Below are positions 17,814 through 26,295 of a stretch of DNA of 30,224 nt, one piece after another. The DNA is taken from contig WTHH01000246.1 in the NCBI GenBank assembly GCA_011523195.1, positions 1 through 30,224 of the forward strand, read 5' to 3'. The notes beneath the pieces are model-generated. The model made no database searches and was not told the origin of the DNA. It saw nothing but the letters and a program-made list of their open reading frames with translations. Both the position numbers and the translations under genes were made by a program. Numbering within the stretch: the first letter of the stretch is position 1; each line of letters opens with the position of its first letter. The DNA comes from Verrucomicrobiales bacterium. Lineage in GTDB: Bacteria; Verrucomicrobiota; Verrucomicrobiia; Limisphaerales; UBA1096.

Positions 17814-19082
17814 ATGTCGAACACCATTCTAGTTGGCGCCCAATGGGGCGACGAGGGTAAGGGCAAGATCATCGATTTCATGACCGAACAGGCGGACATC
17901 GTCGCCCGAGCCCAGGGCGGAGCTAACGCCGGACACACGGTCATTGTCGGCAAGACCCAGTACATCCTGCACCTGATCCCGTCCGGGATTCTGCGGAAGC
18001 GAACAACCTGCGTCATTGGCAACGGTGTCGTGGTGGATCCGATCGGGTTGGTCGAGGAGATCGACGAGCTGCTCAAGGCCGGCATCGATCCCAAGGGCCG
18101 GTTACACGTGAGCGACGCCGCCCACATGGTGTTCCCCTACCACAAGGCACTCGACGCCGCCCGCGAGGCGTTGAAGGGCAAAAATAAAATCGGTACCACC
18201 ATGCGCGGCATCGGCCCGGCATACGGCGACAAGATCGACCGTGTGGGCCTGCGGATGGGTAGCATCCTCAACCCCAAGCGTTTCAGCGAACAACTCGATC
18301 AAGGCATCAAGCGCGCGAACGCGATGCTTAAGGCGCTCGGCTCGAAGCCGGTCTCAGCCAAGGCCACCCGCGAGAGTGTCCTCAAGGCCGCCCGCCGCCT
18401 GAAGCCATACGTAGCCAACACGTTTCAGATGCTGCACGAGGCGACGGCTGCAAAAAAACGAATTCTGTTCGAGGGCGCACAGGGGACATTTCTCGACATT
18501 GATCACGGCACTTATCCATACGTCACCTCGTCCAACACCACCTCCGGCGGCATGTGCACCGGCTCCGGCATTCCGCCTACCATGATCGACCGCGTGGTCG
18601 GCGTGGCCAAGGCCTACACCACCCGCGTGGGCGAAGGGCCGATGCCCTCCGAGGACACCGTAGTGGGCGATCTGCTGCACGGCATGGGGCGCGAATACGG
18701 CGCGACCACCGGACGCGAGCGGCGCTGTGGATGGTTCGACGCCGTCACCGTCCGGCAGGCGGTCATGGTCAACGGCATCACCGACCTGGCCGTGACGAAC
18801 TTCGACGGTCTCGACACGTTGCCCGAAGTCAAGGTGTGCGTCGCGTACCGGGTTGGCAGCAAGCGGTTCGACCTTCAGCCAACCGATTTCGATGTCCTCG
18901 CAAGGTGCAAACCGGTATATGAAACTTTCCCCGGCTGGCAGAAGCCCACGGATAAAATCCGCAAGTGGAAGGATCTGCCGCTGAACGCCCGCCGCTACGG
19001 TCAGGCCTTGGCCAAGCTCACCGGCACCAGGCTGCGCTTCGCCTCCGTTGGCCCGGCGCGTTCACAGACGATCACCCTTTGA
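17814..19082 (+). CDS. purA: Adenylosuccinate synthetase
   Basis: GAQWGDEGKGKIID, GGANAGHT, GTTMRGIGPAYGDK, FEGAQG, HGTYPYVTSSN, EYGATTGRERRCGWFD. ATG 17814. Confidence 0.98.
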   Translation: MSNTILVGAQWGDEGKGKIIDFMTEQADIVARAQGGANAGHTVIVGKTQYILHLIPSGILRKRTTCVIGNGVVVDPIGLVEEIDELLKAGIDPKGRLHVSDAAHMVFPYHKALDAAREALKGKNKIGTTMRGIGPAYGDKIDRVGLRMGSILNPKRFSEQLDQGIKRANAMLKALGSKPVSAKATRESVLKAARRLKPYVANTFQMLHEATAAKKRILFEGAQGTFLDIDHGTYPYVTSSNTTSGGMCTGSGIPPTMIDRVVGVAKAYTTRVGEGPMPSEDTVVGDLLHGMGREYGATTGRERRCGWFDAVTVRQAVMVNGITDLAVTNFDGLDTLPEVKVCVAYRVGSKRFDLQPTDFDVLARCKPVYETFPGWQKPTDKIRKWKDLPLNARRYGQALAKLTGTRLRFASVGPARSQTITL

Positions 19083-19101
19083 TGGCCGCTTGGCCAAGCG
19101 C

Positions 19102-19839
19102 ATGTCGGGCGCCACAACACAACTCAGCGATAAAGCGCTCGCCGTCCTCCCGGCACACGTGGCGATCATCATGGACGGCAACGGCCGCTGGGCCAAGGAG
19201 CGCAGCCTGCCACGGGTCGAGGGCCATCGTCGCGGCGCCGAATCAGTGCGGTCGGTGTTGCGCACTGCAGCGCGGCTGGGCGTCAAATACCTGACGCTCT
19301 ACGCGTTCTCGGTTGAAAACTGGAACCGCCCTCAGGACGAGGTGGACACGCTGATGAAGTACCTCGCCCGTTACCTCAAGTCAGAGCAGCGCGAGATGAA
19401 CAACAATAACGTGAAGCTGCAGTCCATTGGCCAGACCAGTCGCCTGCCCGAGTTTGTACGTGACCAACTCGAGGCCACCCGCGAATCGCTCTCGCAAAAC
19501 ACCGGCACCACTCTCACGCTCGCGTTGAGCTACGGCGGACGCACCGAGCTGGTCGACGCCGTGCGTGGCATCGCGGAAAAGGCACGCGATGGCGAGATCG
19601 ATCCTGCCAAGATTTCAGAGCAGACTATCTCGGGGCATCTTTACACCTCCGACATGCCGGACCCCGACCTGCTCATCCGCACCAGCGGCGAGATGCGTGT
19701 CAGCAACTTTCTGCTGTGGCAGATCTCCTACGCGGAACTGGTGGTGACCGACCGCCTTTGGCCGGACTTCGGTGAGCCGGAATTCTGTGCGGCGCTGGAG
19801 GAGTTCGCCGGGCGCAACCGGCGGTTTGGAAAAGTTTGA
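19102..19839 (+). CDS. uppS: Undecaprenyl diphosphate synthase (isoprenyl transferase)
   Basis: HVAIIMDGNGRWAK, GHRRG, LYAFSVENWNRP, LSYGGR, DPDLLIRTSGEMRVSNFLLWQISYAE. ATG 19102. Confidence 0.97.
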   Translation: MSGATTQLSDKALAVLPAHVAIIMDGNGRWAKERSLPRVEGHRRGAESVRSVLRTAARLGVKYLTLYAFSVENWNRPQDEVDTLMKYLARYLKSEQREMNNNNVKLQSIGQTSRLPEFVRDQLEATRESLSQNTGTTLTLALSYGGRTELVDAVRGIAEKARDGEIDPAKISEQTISGHLYTSDMPDPDLLIRTSGEMRVSNFLLWQISYAELVVTDRLWPDFGEPEFCAALEEFAGRNRRFGKV

Positions 19840-19875
19840 CCCCGGCCCGGCCGACTGAAACCCTCGCCTCACCCG

Positions 19876-20835
19876 ATGTCCGAACCTGATTCTTCCTCGA
19901 AAAAAAACGACTCCAAAGCCGCCGTGTTCGCGCGACGATTGGCTAGCACGGTGGTGTTACTCAGTGTTGTTTTTTACGGGCTGCTCAGCGGGGGCACACT
20001 TTCGGTTGTGCTGGTTGGAGCGCTGGTGATGCTGCTCAACGTAGTCGGCCTGTTGGAGTTTTACGGCATTGTGAAGGAGAACCAATTGCCGCGGTTCAAG
20101 TGGCTCGGCCTCTCTTGCGGAGTGGTGCTGCTCGGCGCGGTGTTTTTGTACCTCTCCGGTCTGGCCGCCAAATGGTTTGGCCTCGCCGCCCCCAGCCTCG
20201 CCGGTGTCGCCGAACTGGAGGTGGCAATCCTCGCCGTTTTCCTGATCGCGATCCTGGTAAGACGGGTCTTCGCCCATCCGGCACCGCCTAGTTTCTCGAT
20301 GAACGGCAACACGATACTCGGGGTGCTTTACGTCTCTTGGCTGCTCGGTTTTATTCTCAAGATTTTCTTTTTCAAGACCGCAAGCGGGACACCGGAGGGG
20401 GCCGCGTTTGACGGTGGATTCTGTCTCCTCTTTTTTATCCTCGTCACTAAGTGCAGTGACATCGGGGCGTACTCGCTTGGCTCGCTGATCGGCCGTCACA
20501 AGATGATTCCCAAGGTTAGCCCGGGGAAAACTTGGGAGGGCTTCGCCGGGGCGATCCTGTTGTCTACAGCTGTGGCGCTGGTTATTGCACATTACTTCGG
20601 CGCGACAAAACTCGGTGGCATGACGCTGACACACGCGGCCGTGCTGGGGCCGTTGATGGCGGTCGGCGCCGTGGTGGGCGACCTCGTCGAGTCGGTCTTC
20701 AAGCGCGACTCCGGCATAAAGGATTCCGGTTCCTTTTTCCCGGGCATCGGCGGCATCCTCGACCTGCTCGACAGCTTGCTATTCAATGCCCCGCTGATGT
20801 TCCTTTACCTCCGGCTGGTTTTGTTCAATGACTAG
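19876..20835 (+). CDS. cdsA: Phosphatidate cytidylyltransferase
   Basis: TM helices with SDIGAYSLG..IGRHKMIPKVSPGKTWEG and GDLVESVFKRDSGIKDSG..FPGIGGILDLLDS. Confidence 0.95.
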   Translation: MSEPDSSSKKNDSKAAVFARRLASTVVLLSVVFYGLLSGGTLSVVLVGALVMLLNVVGLLEFYGIVKENQLPRFKWLGLSCGVVLLGAVFLYLSGLAAKWFGLAAPSLAGVAELEVAILAVFLIAILVRRVFAHPAPPSFSMNGNTILGVLYVSWLLGFILKIFFFKTASGTPEGAAFDGGFCLLFFILVTKCSDIGAYSLGSLIGRHKMIPKVSPGKTWEGFAGAILLSTAVALVIAHYFGATKLGGMTLTHAAVLGPLMAVGAVVGDLVESVFKRDSGIKDSGSFFPGIGGILDLLDSLLFNAPLMFLYLRLVLFND

Positions 20836-20847
20836 CAGCGGCTCGTA

Positions 20848-22008
20848 ATGAAAAACGTCGTTCTACTCGGCAGCACCGGTTCCATCGGCACCAGCACCGC
20901 GAAGGTAGCGGAGGATCTGCCGGGGGACATCCACCTCGTCGGCCTCGCCGCAGGCGGCAACGACGCATTACTCGCGGAACAGGCCAATAAATTTCAACCC
21001 GAACTGGTCTCCATCAGTTCTCCGGAAAAGGCAGAAGGGCTGAGGTCAAAACTAGACGGCATTAGCGTGGCCAGTGGTGAGAAGGGATTGATCGAGTTGG
21101 CCACGCTGCCAAGCGCGGACATTGTGTTGATCGCCATCGTCGGCACTGCCGGATTGCAGCCGGCACTCGCTGCGATTAGGGCTGGGAAGGACATCGCCGT
21201 GGCCTCCAAGGAAATCCTCGTCATGGCCGGCGAAATCGTCATGGCCGAGGCACGCAAGCACGGCGTGAACGTGCTGCCAGTCGACAGCGAACATTCGGCA
21301 ATTTTCCAGTGCCTCGACGGTCGCCCGCCCGACTCGGTGCGACGCCTGATCCTGACCGCCTCGGGTGGACCGTTCCGGCAAACGCCTCTCGAAGACTTCG
21401 CCGGCATCACGGTCAAACAGGCGCTGAAACATCCCTCGTGGGTGATGGGCCGCAAAATCACCATCGACTCAGCCACCATGTTCAACAAGGGCCTCGAGAT
21501 GATCGAGGCACGCTGGCTGTTTAACATCCCGATGCCGCAGGTCGATGTCATCGTCCACCCGCAAAGCGTGGTGCACTCGATGGTCGAGTTCGTCGACGGC
21601 TCAATCCTTTCGCAACTTTCCACGCCCGACATGTGCCTGCCGATCCAGTACGCGCTCACTTGGCCAAGCCGCGCGGCGAGCGAGCGTGTGCAGACCGACT
21701 TCGCCGCGCTTGGCCGGCTGGACTTCGAGGCGCCGGCCGTGGCCAAGTTTCCCGCGCTTGACCAAGCGCGACGCGCCGGCGAAGTGGGCGGCACCCTCCC
21801 GGCCGTACTCAATGCCGCGAACGAAATCGCTGTCGACGCCTTCTGTGATGGGCAGACCTCGTTCGTCGGGATCGCGAGCCTGGTTACCGAGGTTATGGAT
21901 CAACACCAAGTCGTTGAGCATCCGTCGCTGGACGAAATTATCGAAGCCGACCAGTGGGCGCGGGAGACAGCCCGCGATGTGGTGGGCCTTGGCCAAGCGA
22001 TTGCCTGA
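20848..22008 (+). CDS. dxr: 1-deoxy-D-xylulose-5-phosphate reductoisomerase
   Basis: LGSTGSIG, ASKE, LPVDSEHSAIFQ, LTASGGPFR, HPSWVMGRKITIDSATMFNKGLE, HPQSVVHSMVEF, NAANE. Confidence 0.98.
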   Translation: MKNVVLLGSTGSIGTSTAKVAEDLPGDIHLVGLAAGGNDALLAEQANKFQPELVSISSPEKAEGLRSKLDGISVASGEKGLIELATLPSADIVLIAIVGTAGLQPALAAIRAGKDIAVASKEILVMAGEIVMAEARKHGVNVLPVDSEHSAIFQCLDGRPPDSVRRLILTASGGPFRQTPLEDFAGITVKQALKHPSWVMGRKITIDSATMFNKGLEMIEARWLFNIPMPQVDVIVHPQSVVHSMVEFVDGSILSQLSTPDMCLPIQYALTWPSRAASERVQTDFAALGRLDFEAPAVAKFPALDQARRAGEVGGTLPAVLNAANEIAVDAFCDGQTSFVGIASLVTEVMDQHQVVEHPSLDEIIEADQWARETARDVVGLGQAIA

Positions 22009-23240
22009 TGCCGACGATTCAATCCATCTCCACCCACGATTTCCGCCGCAAACTCAAGGACGGCGCCGGCTCCGATGCCGTTCACACCGACCCCTCGTAC
22101 GGCTACGGAGTCACGCTGCTCGAGACCGATACCGGCCTGACCGGCACCGGCATCGCCTACACGCTGGGCGACGGCACCAATCTAGTCTGCGAGGCAATCC
22201 ACATCCTCGCCGAGCCGTTAAAGGGCTGCGAGATCGAGAAATTAATGGCGGAGTTTGGCGCGGTGCAACGCTCGCTCGCCGAGCACCCGGGCGTACGCTG
22301 GCTTGGCCCGCACAAGGGCGTGACACACCTCGCGCTCGCCTCCATCACCAACGCTTGTTTCGACCTCTGGGCAAAGTCACGCGGCGTACCGATTTGGAAA
22401 CTGTTGCTCGACCTGTCGCCGGCAGAGATCACGCGGCTGATCGATTTTAGTTATCTTGATGAAGTGTTGACTGTGGCCGAGGCAGTCGAATTGCTGCAAT
22501 CACATCAGGCCACGCGGGCCGAGCGCGAGGGCGTCCTAAAAACCGGCTACCCCGGCTACGACACCTCCGTCGGTTGGTTCCAGTACAGCGATGAGAAGAT
22601 TCGCGACAACGCCAAGGCCGCAGTCGATGCCGGGTTCACCGCGATGAAACTGAAGGTCGGTGCGAAGGATCACACACACGACGTGCGACGCTCGTTCATG
22701 GTGCGCGAGGCGGTGGGTAATGACGTCCGCATCATGCTCGACGCCAATCAGGCCTGGCCGCTTCCGCAGGCGATCGACGCCTGCCTCGCGCTCAAGGGCA
22801 TGAATCCGTTCTGGATGGAGGAGCCGACCCAACCGGACGATGTCTCGGCGCACAAGACCTTGGCCGACAAAATCGCCCCGGTGCCGGTGGCTGTCGGCGA
22901 GGCGGTTTCCAACCGTGTCTTGTGGAAGAATTTTCTACAGGCCGGGGCGGTCGGAATCGTGCAGGCCGACTGCACCCGCCTCGCCGGCATTAGCGAATGG
23001 CTCGCGGTGGTCATGCTCGCGCGCAAGTTCCCGGTGCGCCTCGTGCCGCACGTGGGCGACATGGGGCAGATTCACCAGCACCTCGTTTTGTTCAGCCACA
23101 TCGCGCTGGGCCACGAGAAACTGTTTCTTGAGTACATTCCGCACCTGCGCGACGATTTTGTTCACCCGGCAAACGTCGACAGCGGCCACTACATGCCGCC
23201 GCAGGAACCGGGCTGCAGCACCGACCTCCACCTGGCTTGA
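22008..23240 (+). CDS. fucD: Enolase-superfamily (mandelate racemase subgroup) enzyme, L-fuconate dehydratase-like
   Basis: GSDAVHTDP, RWLGPHKGVTHLA, GYPGYDTSVGW..YSDEK, KLKVG (KxK), LDANQ, MEEPT.PDD, VGE and PHVG match FucD/ENOSF1. The ATG overlaps the dxr stop (TGATG). Confidence 0.8.
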   Translation: MPTIQSISTHDFRRKLKDGAGSDAVHTDPSYGYGVTLLETDTGLTGTGIAYTLGDGTNLVCEAIHILAEPLKGCEIEKLMAEFGAVQRSLAEHPGVRWLGPHKGVTHLALASITNACFDLWAKSRGVPIWKLLLDLSPAEITRLIDFSYLDEVLTVAEAVELLQSHQATRAEREGVLKTGYPGYDTSVGWFQYSDEKIRDNAKAAVDAGFTAMKLKVGAKDHTHDVRRSFMVREAVGNDVRIMLDANQAWPLPQAIDACLALKGMNPFWMEEPTQPDDVSAHKTLADKIAPVPVAVGEAVSNRVLWKNFLQAGAVGIVQADCTRLAGISEWLAVVMLARKFPVRLVPHVGDMGQIHQHLVLFSHIALGHEKLFLEYIPHLRDDFVHPANVDSGHYMPPQEPGCSTDLHLA

Positions 23241-24037
23241 TGAAAAAACTGATCCTCACCTTTTTGTTCGCCGCTTGGCCAAGCGCAACCCTGCTGAACG
23301 CGGAAGAGCCACCTGGGCCGCTTGACCAGGCGCACGCGCACAACGACTACTACCACAAGCGGCCGCTGCTCGACGCCTTGTCGCACGGTTTTTGCAGTGT
23401 CGAGGCCGACGTGTTTTTGAAAAACGGCAGGCTGCTCGTCGGGCACTTTCAATTTGAGCTGCGCGAAAAACGATCGCTCGAGTCGCTTTACCTCGAGCCC
23501 CTGGCCAAGCGCGTGAAAGCCAACGGCGGCAGCGTCCACAAAACCAAGGCGCCATTTCACCTGATGATCGACTTCAAGACCGACGGCCCGAAGACCTATG
23601 CCGCACTCCAGCCGTTGCTCGAGAAATACCGGTTTATGCTCACCGAATTCGGGCCGGACAAAACCAAAACCAAGGCGGTGACTATCGTGATCTCCGGCAG
23701 CCGCCCGCGCGCCTCCATGGAAAAACAAGCCAAGCGCCTGGCAGGCTACGACGGGCGGATGTCCGATCTTGGCAAAGGGGCGGGCCCGCATTTCATGCCT
23801 TGGATCAGCGACAGTTGGCGGTCGCACTTCAAGTGGCGCGGCAAGGGTGATCTCCCGGCAGCCGAGCAGACCAAGCTCAAACGCATCGTCCAGCAGGCCC
23901 ACAAGGATGGACAAAAAGTCCGCTTCTGGGCCGCACCCGACAACCCCGCCACTTGGGCCGTGCTGCAGCAGGCCGGTGTCGACTTCATCAACACCGACCG
24001 CCTCGAAGCCTTGGCCAATTTCCTGCGAGCCAAGTAA
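23240..24037 (+). CDS. Secreted PI-PLC/glycerophosphodiester phosphodiesterase-superfamily protein (AIM6-like)
   Basis: Signal peptide, HAHNDY, SVEADV, LMIDFK, VRFWAAPD, GVDFINTD.L. The start overlaps the fucD stop. Confidence 0.75.
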   Translation: MKKLILTFLFAAWPSATLLNAEEPPGPLDQAHAHNDYYHKRPLLDALSHGFCSVEADVFLKNGRLLVGHFQFELREKRSLESLYLEPLAKRVKANGGSVHKTKAPFHLMIDFKTDGPKTYAALQPLLEKYRFMLTEFGPDKTKTKAVTIVISGSRPRASMEKQAKRLAGYDGRMSDLGKGAGPHFMPWISDSWRSHFKWRGKGDLPAAEQTKLKRIVQQAHKDGQKVRFWAAPDNPATWAVLQQAGVDFINTDRLEALANFLRAK

Positions 24038-24040
24038 GCA

Positions 24041-24111
24041 ATCCTGTCTATCCTGTTCATCCATGTTTTAATGCTCTGTTACTCAACATGGATGAACAGG
24101 ATAGGCAGGAT
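24041..24111. repeat. 27-bp inverted repeat (REP-like hairpin) with internal ATCCTG periodicity
   Basis: ATCCTGTCTATCCTGTTCATCCATGTT (24041-24067) versus AACATGGATGAACAGGATAGGCAGGAT (24085-24111): 26/27 complementary, with the mismatch a G-U pair and a 17-nt loop. Confidence 0.85.
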
Positions 24112-24187
24112 GAAATGATCGAGCTGCTCTTGGCCAGGCGGGAAATCGGCCTTTATTTGACGGGATTGGCGTGCGACTGTTTCGCGC

Positions 24188-25090
24188 ATGCACGACCTCA
24201 CTCGACGTTCATTCGTCCGCAACGCTGCCCTTGGTTTGCCCGCGATCGCACTCGCACCGGAACTTCTGGCAAAAAAGAAGAAACCCTTAAACCGATTCCA
24301 GATCGGTATTCAGGAATACACATTTCACCGCTGGCTAGGCAGCGGAAAACTCAAGCATCTCGACTATCCTGCACTGGCCAAAAAGGAACTCGGCATCACA
24401 CACATCGAGTACTGGAACCGCCCGTTTGGAGGCAAGCACACCGACAAAAAATACGTCGGCGAACTGGCCAAGCGCACCACTGGTGAGGGGATGAAAAACG
24501 TGCTGATCCTCATCGACGCCGGCAACGAACTGGACGCAAAGGATCCTAAGCAGCGCGCCCGCTCGGTCGAGGAACACAAGGACTGGGTGGACTGCGCCGC
24601 ACAGCTCGGCTGTGATGCCATCCGGGTAAACTGCCGTTCCGGCGGAAACCGTGAGGAGAACATGAAAAACGCAGTCGAGGGCATGCGTGCGATCAGCGAC
24701 TACGCGAAAGGCAGCAAGGTGAAGATCGTGATCGAGCCGCACGGCGGTTATTCGAACGACCCCGACTGGTTGCTGGCGGTCATTAAAAAACTCAATCACC
24801 CGAATGCCGGCCTGCTGCCGGACTTCAACAACTTCGGGCGTTACGACCGCTACGACGGCGTCAAGCGAACGCTCGCCCACGCGCCGGCCATCTGCGCCAA
24901 GGCATTGAACTTTGATGACAAGGGCAACGAGACACGCACGGACTACTATCGGATGATGAAAATCATCCACCAATCCAGCTACTCTGGCGTGATCACGATA
25001 GAGTTCGAGGGACACAAGGTCGACCCGATCGCCGGCTCGCTCAAGACCAAGGCCCTCATTCAAAAGGCCCTCAAGGCCGCCGCTGCCTAA
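24188..25090 (+). CDS. Tat-exported sugar phosphate isomerase/epimerase family TIM-barrel protein
   Basis: Tat signal TRRSFVRNAALG, then IEY, AIRVNC, IVIEPHGG, LLPDFNNF, ITIEFEG. Confidence 0.85.
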   Translation: MHDLTRRSFVRNAALGLPAIALAPELLAKKKKPLNRFQIGIQEYTFHRWLGSGKLKHLDYPALAKKELGITHIEYWNRPFGGKHTDKKYVGELAKRTTGEGMKNVLILIDAGNELDAKDPKQRARSVEEHKDWVDCAAQLGCDAIRVNCRSGGNREENMKNAVEGMRAISDYAKGSKVKIVIEPHGGYSNDPDWLLAVIKKLNHPNAGLLPDFNNFGRYDRYDGVKRTLAHAPAICAKALNFDDKGNETRTDYYRMMKIIHQSSYSGVITIEFEGHKVDPIAGSLKTKALIQKALKAAAA

Positions 25091-26295
25091 TGATTTACAG
25101 GCGCTTCATTGAACTAATTTTGTTTTGCGCGCTTGGCCAGGCGCTTGGCCAAGCGGCTGAGCCGTTGCCCCTACCGGAGAGTACGCCGTGGGATGTTACG
25201 GCGCTGAAAAAGGCACCAAAGTTCGAGTGGATTCGGCAGGAAGGCGACGTGCAAGCCCTGCTGTATGCTGGTGAAAAATATCGCGGAAAGCCCACCAGGG
25301 TGTTCGCCTACTACGCCTCGCCCAGGACGCTTGGCCAAGCGGTAAAGGGCAAGGTGCCGGGCATCGTGCTGGTGCACGGCGGCGGCGGTACGGCGTTTGC
25401 CAGCTGGGCACAGTTGTGGGCCAAGCGCGGCTATGCGGCCATCGCGATGGACTTGGCCGGTTGCGGCGAGGGACGCAAGCGGCTGCCGGACGGTGGCCCG
25501 GGCCAAAGTCACACGGACAAGTTTAGCACCATCGACGAGCCGCTCGAGAACCAATGGTCGTACCACGCGGTCGCCAACGTGATCCGAGGACACTCACTGC
25601 TGCGCAGTTTCGCCGGGGTGGATGGCGATCACGTCGCGCTGACCGGGATCAGTTGGGGCGGCTACCTGACCTGCATCGTTGCCGGGGTGGATGATCGATT
25701 TGCTATGGCCATGCCGGTCTACGGGTGCGGTTTCTTGCAGGAAAATAGCGTCTGGAAAGTTGGTGAGTTTGGCAAAATGACCACCGCGCAGTCGGACAAA
25801 TGGCATCGACTTTGGGATCCGTCGCGCTACATCGGTTCGGCGAAGATGCCGGTGATGTTCCTGAACGGCACAAACGATTTTGCCTATCCGATGGACAGCT
25901 ACGCCAAAACCTGCGCGCTGGTGAGGAGCGAGAAAAACTACAGCATCCAGCTCAACATGAAGCACGGGCACCTCTTCGAATTCCCGGAATTCTTCCTGTT
26001 CGCCGACCAGTACATCCGCGGAGGCAAACCGATGCCGGTGGTCGCCAGGCCGGTCATCGACGGTGGCAAAGTCCGCACGTCGGTCAAGTCGGAGACCAAG
26101 TTGATCGAGGCCAAGCTGCACTACACCACGGCACCGCATGAACAAAACCGGAGCCGCGTCTGGAAAACAATCGAACTCAAGGTGAACGGACATCACGCCC
26201 AGGGCGCTGCCCCGCCCAGCGAGGCCACAGTCTGGTACATCGCCATCCAAGACGAACGCAAAGCCATCGTCAGCAGCGAACTAATTGTTCAATGA
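25090..26295 (+). CDS. Secreted alpha/beta hydrolase (acetylxylan esterase / dienelactone hydrolase-like)
   Basis: Signal peptide, VLVHGGGG, nucleophile elbow GISWGG, GTND and catalytic His region KHGH. Confidence 0.8.
   Translation: MIYRRFIELILFCALGQALGQAAEPLPLPESTPWDVTALKKAPKFEWIRQEGDVQALLYAGEKYRGKPTRVFAYYASPRTLGQAVKGKVPGIVLVHGGGGTAFASWAQLWAKRGYAAIAMDLAGCGEGRKRLPDGGPGQSHTDKFSTIDEPLENQWSYHAVANVIRGHSLLRSFAGVDGDHVALTGISWGGYLTCIVAGVDDRFAMAMPVYGCGFLQENSVWKVGEFGKMTTAQSDKWHRLWDPSRYIGSAKMPVMFLNGTNDFAYPMDSYAKTCALVRSEKNYSIQLNMKHGHLFEFPEFFLFADQYIRGGKPMPVVARPVIDGGKVRTSVKSETKLIEAKLHYTTAPHEQNRSRVWKTIELKVNGHHAQGAAPPSEATVWYIAIQDERKAIVSSELIVQ

Noticed and set aside
14245-19007. Absence of exact palindrome cores as proof that the TonB gene is foreign
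   Set aside because: Gaps of about 3 kb also occur in native GC-rich regions (7554-10856, 27038-30201), so the gap alone is weak evidence.
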